A stretch of 64,000 nt of DNA from Histomonas meleagridis 2922-C6/04-290x (lineage: Eukaryota; Protista; Parabasalia), in NCBI GenBank assembly GCA_020184695.1, contig JAANOX010000144.1, positions 186,001 through 250,000 of the forward strand, written 5' to 3'. A program made the position numbers and the translations under genes. Positions 20,416 through 30,842 of the stretch are shown here, one piece after another (position 1 is the stretch's first letter; the number at the start of each line of letters is the position of its first letter). The notes beneath the pieces are model-generated. The model was given only the letters and a program-made list of their open reading frames with translations. It made no database searches and was not told the origin of the DNA.

Positions 20416-22278
20416 TTAAACATTTGTGATTGGATGTATTTCAACAATTGGTCTTCTAACTACTTTCGACATCTCATTCCCCACGTCATCGAAAACATTT
20501 TTTAATATAAATTCCAACAATTCCTTTACTTTCAATTGTTGTTCATTAAACTTTTCGACATTTACTTTCCAATTACAATTATTTTCATCGATTTCTTCAC
20601 ACACCTCTTCCCAAAACGCCAAAAAAGCAGCACATCCATTACAGTCTTTAACATCGAACTTATATAGCATTGGATCACTCTCGAACTTAATAACAAATGA
20701 TTTATCTTTACCATAAAACTCACCATTTAGACCAAACACATCAATGAACTCAACATCTCTCAACAATTCCTTTTTCATGTTAAACAAATCAAAGAAATAA
20801 TTTGTGTTTTCATATGTGATTAAATATGAACAATCACTTATAGCATACTCAAAAAAGTCTAATAAATTTATTGTCTCATTACACTCAACAAATGGTTCAA
20901 ATGAAGAAATTTTAAAATTTAAATATTCAAAATTATCAATGATATAATGAACAGATAAAAAACCAAATGCTGATGATATTAATGTTGGAAGTAATATGAC
21001 ATTAGTGACAAATGGTTCAAATGATGTCGGATCGTTATAGCATTGGAAAATTTGTTCTCCAATTCGAGCCAAAAGCTTAGCAGAGACTTTAAAATCTTCG
21101 TCGGTGAGAAGCTGTTTGGGCAAAATTGGAAGTGTTTCATTTTGGATAAGTGATGTGAAATAATTGATTATTCCATCTAAATATTGTTGAATCCCTGGAC
21201 GTTGAACATGAAGAAAATCTAATATAAGATGGACATAGTTCAAATAAAAGTCAGTAAAATTGGAAAATGAAATTGATAATTTTTTGGAATCAAAAATAAA
21301 AATGAAATTTTGATTAAGTGTGTTAACTGCAATAAGCTCTTGAAGAAATTGTTCTGTAATAAGTGATAAATATGTCGATTTGCCGGAATTACGTGGACCA
21401 ACAATTACATCTTTGAAATGATAAGAAACACATCCTGGAGTAATTATACGACGTTTTGATACAATCGATTGTACGCGCGTCATAAGTTCTGGATAAAGTG
21501 TAAGTTTGTCTTTGTTAATTTTGGGAAAATGTGATAACAAATTTTGAAATGTAAATTGATGTTGATGCTTTTCTTCAAGCTTAGCTTTTTTGTAAAATGA
21601 TATTGTTTTGGAATTTCGAAGTGTTGATTCTATAAAACTTGAATCATTTGTTAAAAATTTAGCTCCAAGAATTGAATTGAGTAAACTATTCAATTCTTGG
21701 TTTGATGAATCTTCTTCATCAGATGAAGAATTACGAAAAGCAAGTGCTTCAGCTTTGTTGAAACTAGAGCTTAGGGTACGATTATCAGAAGAATTTTCAC
21801 GTTTAGGAAATGAGATAAAATCTTCTTCCTCATCAAGATCAAAAGCAAATTCATTTGAATCTCTACTTTTATCACTCTCTAGTAAGTCTTGATCTGAGTT
21901 GGTTTTAAATGATTTTAATGAAAGTTCATTTGTATTAGATAATTTATATTTATCATCTGGATCAGAATCATCTGAAAGAAGAGTAAACATCTTAAAATTA
22001 TCAAATATTCCTTCATCATTAATTGTATTTTCTTGATTTTGATTTTCTTTTTTTGTTGATAACATTAACACTGATCCTGGCTGTATTTCACTTATATTCC
22101 TTACCAATTCACCACTTTCTAGGTAAATTGTTTGTATTGGTTTTGGAGATCTAAAAATCATTTGACCTTGTTTCTTTAAAGATTCCAACGTCTTTGGCAT
22201 CATTACCATTCTTTCTTGAGAGGAGTAACTCTCTTTGAGCTTTACTGTTATAAATGGCTTTGAAACCGTCACCCTCAT
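20416..22278 (-). CDS. Hypothetical protein with DCX/ubiquitin-like N-terminus and Walker A motif
   Basis: The N-terminus (PKTLESLK...PIQTIYLESGELVRNISEIQPGSVLMLS) resembles doublecortin-like folds. IVGPRNSGKST is a P-loop. Confidence 0.55.
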   Translation of the reverse strand: MRVTVSKPFITVKLKESYSSQERMVMMPKTLESLKKQGQMIFRSPKPIQTIYLESGELVRNISEIQPGSVLMLSTKKENQNQENTINDEGIFDNFKMFTLLSDDSDPDDKYKLSNTNELSLKSFKTNSDQDLLESDKSRDSNEFAFDLDEEEDFISFPKRENSSDNRTLSSSFNKAEALAFRNSSSDEEDSSNQELNSLLNSILGAKFLTNDSSFIESTLRNSKTISFYKKAKLEEKHQHQFTFQNLLSHFPKINKDKLTLYPELMTRVQSIVSKRRIITPGCVSYHFKDVIVGPRNSGKSTYLSLITEQFLQELIAVNTLNQNFIFIFDSKKLSISFSNFTDFYLNYVHLILDFLHVQRPGIQQYLDGIINYFTSLIQNETLPILPKQLLTDEDFKVSAKLLARIGEQIFQCYNDPTSFEPFVTNVILLPTLISSAFGFLSVHYIIDNFEYLNFKISSFEPFVECNETINLLDFFEYAISDCSYLITYENTNYFFDLFNMKKELLRDVEFIDVFGLNGEFYGKDKSFVIKFESDPMLYKFDVKDCNGCAAFLAFWEEVCEEIDENNCNWKVNVEKFNEQQLKVKELLEFILKNVFDDVGNEMSKVVRRPIVEIHPITNV

Positions 22279-22665
22279 TCCCCATTTAGATAACGGCTAT
22301 TTTGGGCACTTTTTTTCATCATGAAAACTTTTGTTTCTAAATATTTTTAAATAACGATGAATTCAATTAGAATGTTTTTATTCATAAAATAAAGCATTTT
22401 TTCAAAGACAGAAATAACCATTTTAATACCTAAATTGCATCAAACAATTAATGTAAATTCAAATTTGAAAAATGTTATAATGAACAAACATTCATTCATT
22501 GGGTTATCGCTGTGTGAAATGTTTCACAAATCTGAAAACGTTTTGGAGTGCGACTTCATTCATCAAAATAATTTTATAAAACATATAATGCAATAAATCA
22601 CAAATTTATTAATATTTAAAAACATATTATGTATATGTATGTATATATATGTATATTAATTAACA

Positions 22666-25272
22666 TCAGTCCTCGTAATCGAAGTAGTTCTGACACTTAA
22701 AGCTACTTCCGGATGAAACGTCCATTCTGATGCACGAACTTGTGTCGCTTTCGCTTCTATCGAAGAAGTCCAAGTTCTGGTCGTGTTGTATATTGACGAA
22801 GTTACTTGGCTGGAACAAATTTGTTGTTTGTTTTTTTTGCTGATAAATATTTATATTATTTGATCTCACCAAGTAGTTATTACTTCTGTTTGCACTTAGT
22901 CCAGGCCTTCTCATACATAATGATAAGAATTGCGGCGTTTGGAATCCGGTTTCTATTTGTTCTTTATAAACAGTTGTTGGTATTTCATAGAACGAAAGAT
23001 TTCTGTCTTCTATTTCTTCAATTCCTTGTGTAGGCGTTGGCTGATTTGAGCTTTGGAATGGCAAAGGTAACCCGATAATTAATGTAATTGCTGAATGTAA
23101 AAATGGATTTGTTTCATGTAATGCTTTGTTAGTTTGTATTGTCATTTTATCTATCATGTCATCGAGTTCTGGGATTTCTTTTAATGAGAAGTTAGAATGC
23201 ATTCGATTGTTCGATTGGTTACGGATTATCTTTCGATATAATTTACTCTCTAATATCGATAATTTACTGACATGTTGACGACGTTCTTTAGTTGGTAATT
23301 TGGTTAATAATGTACTAACATCTTTCTTGGGATATAAAAATGATACAATCGAATCATTTTGGATAATACTTACAAATAATTTAAATAATTCATTAAATGA
23401 TGAAAATCGCTGTCCTTCAATTTTAAGTCCAAATAATTTGTTGTTGTCTATAAGTTTACATATTTGTTGAATACCTTCACTATTTAATTCATTATTTGTT
23501 ATATCTAAGTTAAGCTTTAAATCTGGTTTACGTAATATTTCATTAACAAAAATATGTAAATGTTTGTTGTTAATGAATTTGGTCATATTACCACGTAATG
23601 ATAATGTGTTAAGACGTGGTATTGTTAATAAATTACCTAACTCAATCATTAATGCTTTAGATGATGGTGAGAAATTACCACCAATGTTTAACACCATTAA
23701 ATTACCCATTCGTTTTAATAAACATAATAATGCTTGTAAGTCACTAAGTTTCATTCCATTGTTTTCAAATGATAATCCAACCCATTTTAATAAGTCTTGT
23801 TTTTCAAATGCTTTAATTACTTTGTTCAGTTTCTTACCATTAAGTTTTAATGCATTCATATGTAATGTCATTGATTTAATATTCGTATTCATTCCAACTG
23901 CTTCAATAGCGATGATGATTTGTTCGGAATTAATTCCAGTATTACTTATGTCAACTTCTTTAATATATTGTCCATTACGAATATAACGTGTAAGTTTTCG
24001 TAGCTTTGTGTCATTAAGTTTGGTACCACTGATACATAACGTCTCAAGTGGACATGAATAATTTAATAATGAATCAAAGATCATTCCTGATCCAGAACTA
24101 ATTTTCCCAAGATTTAAATATCGTAAATATATATTAGAATGATTCTCATGTAATGTATGCATCCAATCTGCAAATAGTTCGGCAACTTCTTTAGTAACTA
24201 CTGACCCTTTAATGTTAAGATACGCAAGTTTCCATAGTTTTGGATTAACGATTAATGCATGAAATAATGCTTTGGTGGATTCTAGATTTAAACGGCATTC
24301 AGCAAGGTTTAAATAGAATAGTTCTGTAGGATATCGGTCAAGGACAGAGATAAATAGGTGAATGTCTTCAATTTGATTATATGATAAATCAATATATTTC
24401 AATTTGAGATTTTCAACATTGGATGCTAAGGATTTGGCTCCAAGTGTAATATGACAACGTGTAAGTGATAAAAGTGAAATCTTGTTGTTCTTTCTTGAGA
24501 ATAATTTGGATGCAGATAATAAAAGATCTGGGCGATCTCGATTTGAACACTTGATCCCTTGGATATAGGGACAGTAGACAAGGGCTGTAAAGAATGGACG
24601 AAGATGAACAGAACTTAAACTTGGATCAAAGATTCGAAGTGGTACAAGATTTAGATCAAAGATTGCATTGCCATAAATAAGATTACAATGAAAGACTTGT
24701 GCAAGTTCATGACAATAATCAACATTGTAATATGTACATAACGCATAATATGTGAATTGAAAAGCTTGTGATGGTGATAGAATATGACCTATTTCTGGAA
24801 AAGATCCTGATGGATCGATAAGACTGATGTTTCCTGTGAATTTGATGAATTTACTTCTTGGAATATAGGAGGTTGCTAAATAATAATTTCTGTAAATAGA
24901 TGTAACAAGTTTATGAAGAGTGCGAGTTGCAACGATTACTGGTGTGCTATTTTTCTTTAAAAGAATATTGATTCTAACTTTAGAAACAATTTCGATTTGG
25001 CTGATATCTAGAATATGTATGCTTGCTAAATGTGTTAGTTTGCCACGGTAGCCACTTTTAAGAAGGAATAGCATGTGTTCTGTTAAAGCGTAAGCACCAT
25101 TAAAATATTTATTTCCTTCGTATCGAATATTTGCCATACTTGTTAATTGCAACTGGCGTTGTCTTCCTGAAATAGCTTGGCATATTTCTTTTAGTTGCTT
25201 GCTAGAGAGATTGTCTGGGTGTAACGCCTTCAAGTTTTTTGGATGATTTTGTAAACAATAGAAAAATCTCAT
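22666..25272 (-). CDS. RNI-like LRR protein, CARMIL-like architecture
   Basis: 868 aa with repeats LKYIDLSYNQI, LFYLNLAECRL, LETLCISGTKL, IKEVDISNTGI and LMVLNIGGNF after a PH-like N-terminal region. Confidence 0.65.
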   Translation of the reverse strand: MRFFYCLQNHPKNLKALHPDNLSSKQLKEICQAISGRQRQLQLTSMANIRYEGNKYFNGAYALTEHMLFLLKSGYRGKLTHLASIHILDISQIEIVSKVRINILLKKNSTPVIVATRTLHKLVTSIYRNYYLATSYIPRSKFIKFTGNISLIDPSGSFPEIGHILSPSQAFQFTYYALCTYYNVDYCHELAQVFHCNLIYGNAIFDLNLVPLRIFDPSLSSVHLRPFFTALVYCPYIQGIKCSNRDRPDLLLSASKLFSRKNNKISLLSLTRCHITLGAKSLASNVENLKLKYIDLSYNQIEDIHLFISVLDRYPTELFYLNLAECRLNLESTKALFHALIVNPKLWKLAYLNIKGSVVTKEVAELFADWMHTLHENHSNIYLRYLNLGKISSGSGMIFDSLLNYSCPLETLCISGTKLNDTKLRKLTRYIRNGQYIKEVDISNTGINSEQIIIAIEAVGMNTNIKSMTLHMNALKLNGKKLNKVIKAFEKQDLLKWVGLSFENNGMKLSDLQALLCLLKRMGNLMVLNIGGNFSPSSKALMIELGNLLTIPRLNTLSLRGNMTKFINNKHLHIFVNEILRKPDLKLNLDITNNELNSEGIQQICKLIDNNKLFGLKIEGQRFSSFNELFKLFVSIIQNDSIVSFLYPKKDVSTLLTKLPTKERRQHVSKLSILESKLYRKIIRNQSNNRMHSNFSLKEIPELDDMIDKMTIQTNKALHETNPFLHSAITLIIGLPLPFQSSNQPTPTQGIEEIEDRNLSFYEIPTTVYKEQIETGFQTPQFLSLCMRRPGLSANRSNNYLVRSNNINIYQQKKQTTNLFQPSNFVNIQHDQNLDFFDRSESDTSSCIRMDVSSGSSFKCQNYFDYED

Positions 25273-27329
25273 CTTGTTTTCTAAACCCTTACGATGGTTT
25301 GTGCACCAAGTTTTTGTGATGAAAAACCCCCCAGAATGAATTGAATAATTGATATAAAATACAAAAAGGCGCTCAAAAATTTGTTATTTGTGATTATGGC
25401 TACTTGAATTATATAATCCTTGTTCTAACAAAAAAAATATGTCCCAAAAAATTAGGATTTAAGGCGATATATGACCTACAATACATTTTACATTATTTAA
25501 TATACATATACAAATATATGTAATTTAGAATGAGACATTATCTACAAATCATTAATAAAAAAATGATAAATATTATTTCATCACACATAAATTAATAATT
25601 TCATATAGGATGTGCTCTTGGTAATTTAGGCTATTACCTTAATCAAAAATTTTTATTCGGCTAAAATGTTATCCATTTTTATTCAGTACACAACGATAAT
25701 AACCGATTCTAAATGTTTAATTTTTGTTTCAAACAAAATTCAGCTTTGAGATAATTTGTTCTTACATTGATGTTGGTAATACTTAGCGATAGCTTATATA
25801 TTTCTTTCGTATATTTCGTTTTTAACCCATAATTTAAAAAGTAATTTCAATTTTTTTGTTATACTGACAAATAAAATTTTCTGGGAGCCATCCAACGTTT
25901 TGACATTGAAATTTCAATGACCATTCTTATTTGAATAGGAGGAAAATCTTGGGCTGTCAAAAGTACCTCTTTGAAATTTGTTAAAGCTATTCGTTGAGGA
26001 GAGTTCAGATAACAACAAACTTAAGTTATTGTCTTTTTTGTAAGTTAAGTTATGTTTTTTTCGAGAATTTTACAAAAGTAGTTTTTTACTGATATTCATT
26101 GGGATTATGTAAATGTAAGCTGAACAAAATCAATTGATCAGTTATTCAAATTGCATGAAAATCATTTTTTTTTTTTTTAGAAATCCGATGTTTATCATTA
26201 TTTTTTCCCTAGGTTAAGCTTAATTCGATTTTCTGAGAATTTTTTTTTGCTTTTTGTTAAGATTTTGGATTAAACCAAAAATATAAAATGAAAATATCTT
26301 GATTTTGTATGACTAAAATCGGGAAATACTAAAGAGTATATTAGAAATATTAATTGTAATAAAACTATAAATAAAATTTTAAAAGTTTTAAAACAGAGAT
26401 CTTTAACGCCCTATAACAAACGAATGACCAATTCGAGCAATGAAAAACCCCGCTCTGAAAAAGTTGTCTTTTGAGTTCAAAATAGCCGAATTATGATATT
26501 TGGTCGGCTGATTACACAAACAAAATTCAAGTTTCAATATTTTACACAAACAAAAAAACAAATTTTCGAAATATCAATAAAATTACGTAAGATGAATACA
26601 TGTGCATATGGATAAGTAATGTGATGTCTCAATTTACGCCTAGAATACAAAAAATAAATTTTATAATTTGATTTTCTAATAAATTGAGAAGATAATTGGT
26701 TGGACTTAAAGTCGTTTACGATCGAATGCAATTCAATGAGAACCGTTTATTTTTATTACTTGAAGAATTCTTAATAAACTTTTGCTTTTCAGATTTTTGT
26801 TGAATTCAATGAAACAATGCGCTTTCTTGCTATTAAGCATAAAAATTAGCTTTGACATTGCCTATATTTATTGATCCCCAAACGTCACTTTTGAATCAAA
26901 CTATGTTAATATACAAATTTTAGCAAAACGATTAACAGTTTTTCTATTTTACGATATAATTTTGAATAAATCGATAGTTGTGGAACGAATCATGATTCGT
27001 CCAATCTACCAATTAAATCCATATAAATTTCATTGAAGTAAAATATGACATACACCATATACGGCCATTTAAATAATCAAAAAGTAAATACTTATTTCAC
27101 TGAGTCTGTTTATTAATATCTATCGTTTTCAGCTTTCTGTTGGAACTTGATTTGAGCTTAAGATTGAAAATTTTTTGGGCTTAGAGAACTTCAAATTAGT
27201 AAAAATGATTCCTTTTGTAAGCTAAGTCAAGACTGGGTTTAAGCCCTAAATAGCAATGACTTTTCGTATCATATTCTTGGCGGAGATTGCAAACGGTTTT
27301 ACGGTTATTACATTTGCTTGATACAAAGT

Positions 27330-30260
27330 ATGAACCCTTATCTTATGTCTCCAAATCCTATTCAAAATGGAAGTGGTGCACCATTTGTGGTTCTTCAGGG
27401 GTTTGAGCAGTTTGGTACTACACCTTCCGGATATCAACAATTTAATTCAAATCCTACATCTTATCAACAATATAATAATGTTCCCTATGGTTTCCAACAG
27501 CCGAATAGCAGTTCTCTTTATATGCAACATAATTATGCTCCTCAAAATTCACAAGAATATCAGTTTAACAATTCCCCACAGAGCTTCCAGCAATTAAATG
27601 CGCCACCTGCGTTTGATCCTGTTAGCATCCCACGCAACTACCAACAAAGAAATTCTTCAATATCTAGCTTCCAACAGCCTGAGGCCATTCCACCAAGATT
27701 TGAAAATAATAATCGACCACCAGGTTTTGAACTCCACAGTGGTCCTCCATCTGCACATGAGTTACAAAATGGTCCTCCATCTGGATATGTACTGCAAAGT
27801 AAAACATCAAATGGTTTTCAGCAAAATAGTAATGCGCCGCCACAATTTGAAAATCCATCCAACGAATTCCAGCAACCAACACCGTATCAACGAATACCCA
27901 ATTTTCCGCCTGGATTTGGAAGTAGAAACGCATCAGTTATGTCTGAACAGGAAAATGGCGCACCGCCTGGGTTCGAAAATGGTTATGTTCCAAATGAGTT
28001 TGGCAGTAGTAGTATGCCGCCAGGATTTGAAAGTGGCTATAGACCTGTCGCATCTCAGCAGCAAAATGATGCACCAAATGGATTCGAGCAAACAAATACT
28101 GGTAATGCACCGCCAGGATTTGAGCAACAAGTTAATGAAAATGCACCGCCAGGATTTGAGCAACAAGTTAATGAAAATGCACCGCCAGGATTCGAAAGTG
28201 TTAATCCCAATGCACCGCCAGGATTTGAGCAACAAGTTAATGAAAATGCACCGCCAGGATTCGAAAGTGTTAATCCCAATGCACCGCCAGGATTTGAGCA
28301 ACAAGTTAATAACAATACACCGCCAGGATTTGAGCAACCAATTAATGATGATACACCGCCAGGATTTGAAAATGTTAATGATAATGCACCACCAGGATTC
28401 GAACAACCAATTAATGATAATGCACCGCCAGGATTTGAAAATGTTAATGATAATGCTCCACCAGGATTTGAGCAACCAATTAATGATAATGCTCCGCCAG
28501 GATTTGAAAATGTTAATGATAATGCTCCACCAGGATTTGAGCAACCAATTAATGATAATGCACCACCAGGATTTGAAAATGTTAATGATAATGCACCGCC
28601 AGGATTTGGGCAACAAGTTAATGAAAATGCTCCACCAGGATTTGAGCAACCAATTAATGATAATGCACCACCAGGATTTGAAAATGTTAATGATAATGCA
28701 CCACCAGGATTTGAAAATGTTAATGATAATGCACCACCAGGATTTGAAAATGTTAATGATAATGCACCACCAGGATTTGGGCAACAAGTTAATGAAAATG
28801 CTCCACCAGGATTTGAAAATGTTAATGATAATGCACCGCCAGGATTTGAGCAACCAATTAATGATAATACACCACCAGGATTTGAGCAACAAGTTAATGA
28901 AAATGCTCCACCAGGATTTGAAAATGTTAATGATAATACACCGCCAGGATTTGAGCAACAAGTTAATGAAAATGCTCCACCAGGATTTGAAAATGTTAAT
29001 GATAATGCACCGCCAGGATTTGAAAATGTTAATGATAATACACCACCAGGATTTGAAAATGTTAATGATAATACACCACCAGGATTTGAGCAACAAGTTA
29101 ATGAAAATGCTCCACCAGGATTTGAAAATGTTAATGATAATACACCGCCAGGATTTGAAAATGTTAATGATAATACACCGCCAGGATTTGAAAATGTTAA
29201 TGATAATGCACCGCCAGGATTTGAAAATGTTAATGATAATACACCACCAGGATTTGAGCAACAAGTTAATGAAAATGCTCCACCAGGATTTGAAAATGTT
29301 AATGATAATACACCGCCAGGATTTGAACAACCAATTAATGATAATACACCGCCAGGATTTGAGCAACAAGTTAATGAAAATGCTCCACCAGGATTTGAAA
29401 ATGTTAATGATAATGCACCACCAGGATTTGAGCAACCAATTAATGATAATGCACCACCAGGATTTGAACAACCAATTAATAGCAATGCACCACCAGGATT
29501 CGAACAACAAGTTAACTTCAATGCACCACCGGAATTTGAAAATGTTAATGCCAATGCACCTCCAGGATTCGAACAACCAATTGATATTTCATTCAAATCC
29601 GCTCAGCCACTTGATGCCAGCGCACCACCAGACTCTTCGCGTCCAAGTGAATTCGCTCAGCAAGGCATCAGCTTGCGCCCTCCTCCTGTTCTCACTCTTT
29701 CCCAGAGCGCCATTTCCAGCGCGCTTCCATTTCCGCGCAGCCCCAATGCGAACTATTCAGTTTCTCGCCTGTTCTCGATGCGCACCATCGATGACACGCA
29801 ATTCTCTCGCAACGTGTCCTCAGAGCAGCTCAAACTCAACAATCTGCTTGATACCAAATCGAAGCAAACTGCGCAACTCATCGAAAGTACCACTGTTCGC
29901 TTCAAAGCCATTTTTAAGGCGGTTAACACCATAAATTACAACATACAGCAGATGCAGGAAACATTGACACAGAATAATGAAAACTACAAATTATATTATG
30001 TCGTCGAAACGCGCGATGTCTCTGCTGTTATTGCATATATTAAAAATGTGCAGCAAAATGTGCTGTTCCAAGAAATCAAAAATTATTCGCAAAGAACAAT
30101 CGCAAACTTCTTACGAATTGCATGCGACGCGAAAGAAGAACAGAGAAAATTCTTCGCGCAGTATATAAATGCGGCAATAAATAAATTGAAAATTAACGGG
30201 TGCACAAAAAATGAAGAAATAATTGGTGAAACTTTGAGGAAATATGAAAAATTCATATAA
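27330..30260 (+). CDS. PPGF-repeat protein (Q/N/P-rich N-terminus, helical C-terminus)
   Basis: First ATG at 27330. More than 40 N(A/T)PPGFE units precede a non-repetitive helical domain of about 170 aa. Confidence 0.8.
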   Translation: MNPYLMSPNPIQNGSGAPFVVLQGFEQFGTTPSGYQQFNSNPTSYQQYNNVPYGFQQPNSSSLYMQHNYAPQNSQEYQFNNSPQSFQQLNAPPAFDPVSIPRNYQQRNSSISSFQQPEAIPPRFENNNRPPGFELHSGPPSAHELQNGPPSGYVLQSKTSNGFQQNSNAPPQFENPSNEFQQPTPYQRIPNFPPGFGSRNASVMSEQENGAPPGFENGYVPNEFGSSSMPPGFESGYRPVASQQQNDAPNGFEQTNTGNAPPGFEQQVNENAPPGFEQQVNENAPPGFESVNPNAPPGFEQQVNENAPPGFESVNPNAPPGFEQQVNNNTPPGFEQPINDDTPPGFENVNDNAPPGFEQPINDNAPPGFENVNDNAPPGFEQPINDNAPPGFENVNDNAPPGFEQPINDNAPPGFENVNDNAPPGFGQQVNENAPPGFEQPINDNAPPGFENVNDNAPPGFENVNDNAPPGFENVNDNAPPGFGQQVNENAPPGFENVNDNAPPGFEQPINDNTPPGFEQQVNENAPPGFENVNDNTPPGFEQQVNENAPPGFENVNDNAPPGFENVNDNTPPGFENVNDNTPPGFEQQVNENAPPGFENVNDNTPPGFENVNDNTPPGFENVNDNAPPGFENVNDNTPPGFEQQVNENAPPGFENVNDNTPPGFEQPINDNTPPGFEQQVNENAPPGFENVNDNAPPGFEQPINDNAPPGFEQPINSNAPPGFEQQVNFNAPPEFENVNANAPPGFEQPIDISFKSAQPLDASAPPDSSRPSEFAQQGISLRPPPVLTLSQSAISSALPFPRSPNANYSVSRLFSMRTIDDTQFSRNVSSEQLKLNNLLDTKSKQTAQLIESTTVRFKAIFKAVNTINYNIQQMQETLTQNNENYKLYYVVETRDVSAVIAYIKNVQQNVLFQEIKNYSQRTIANFLRIACDAKEEQRKFFAQYINAAINKLKINGCTKNEEIIGETLRKYEKFI
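28100..29580 (+). repeat. 33/36-bp coding tandem repeat (NAPPGFENVND / NAPPGFEQQVNE / NTPPGFEQPIND)
   Basis: Interspersed 11- and 12-codon unit types share the core AATGCACC(A/G)CCAGGATTTGA. Confidence 0.95.
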
Positions 30261-30674
30261 AACAAATCTGTTGTTATGTTTGTTCGAGTAAATAAATTTA
30301 AATAACTGTTCATAATGTAAATTTTGGAAAATGTTTTAATAACAACTGAAAAAGGAATTTTAGTGAATAAGCTGAATTTCATGAGAAGAAACATTCAAAT
30401 ACAAATATTATTTTGTTTTAATATCACTTAAAGTACCGTACTATATCATTATGCAGAAATAATTGGTGAAACTTTGAGGAAATATAAAAATTCATATAAA
30501 ACAAATCTGTTGTTATGTTTGTTCGAGTAAATAAATTTAAATAACTGTTCATAATGTAAATTTTGGAAAATGTTTTGATAACAACTGAAAAAGGAATTTT
30601 AGTGAATAAGCTGAATTTCATGAGAAGAAACATTTAAATATAAATATTATTTTGTTTTATTGATATAACTTAAA
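30211..30674 (+). repeat. About 240-bp direct tandem duplication of the 3' end and 3' UTR of the PPGF gene
   Basis: About 30211-30432 is repeated at about 30451-30674 with few differences. Confidence 0.9.
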
Positions 30675-30842
30675 CTCCCGCACAACAAAATTTTTATTTT
30701 CTTGAGGTAGATTGATCAATACAAGAGAATAACTTCTAATAACAGTTTCATTTGAAACAAACTTTCAATAAAAAGTTTAATCGTTGAAAGATTTTCCTTA
30801 ACAAGAACTAACATAAGACAGCATTTTAAAAACAAAATTATC

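Noticed and set aside
25273-27300. 2-kb ORF-free interval as a possible RNA gene locus
   Set aside because: I saw no tRNA, rRNA or snRNA motifs or repeats by eye. An Infernal/Rfam or tRNAscan search would be needed to exclude small RNAs here or elsewhere in the window.
27598-29934. Long alternative-frame and antisense ORFs over the PPGF repeat (27598-29934 +, 27933-29576 -, 28055-29596 -)
   Set aside because: A tandem repeat that lacks stops in one unit lacks them throughout; these are shadows of the real CDS.
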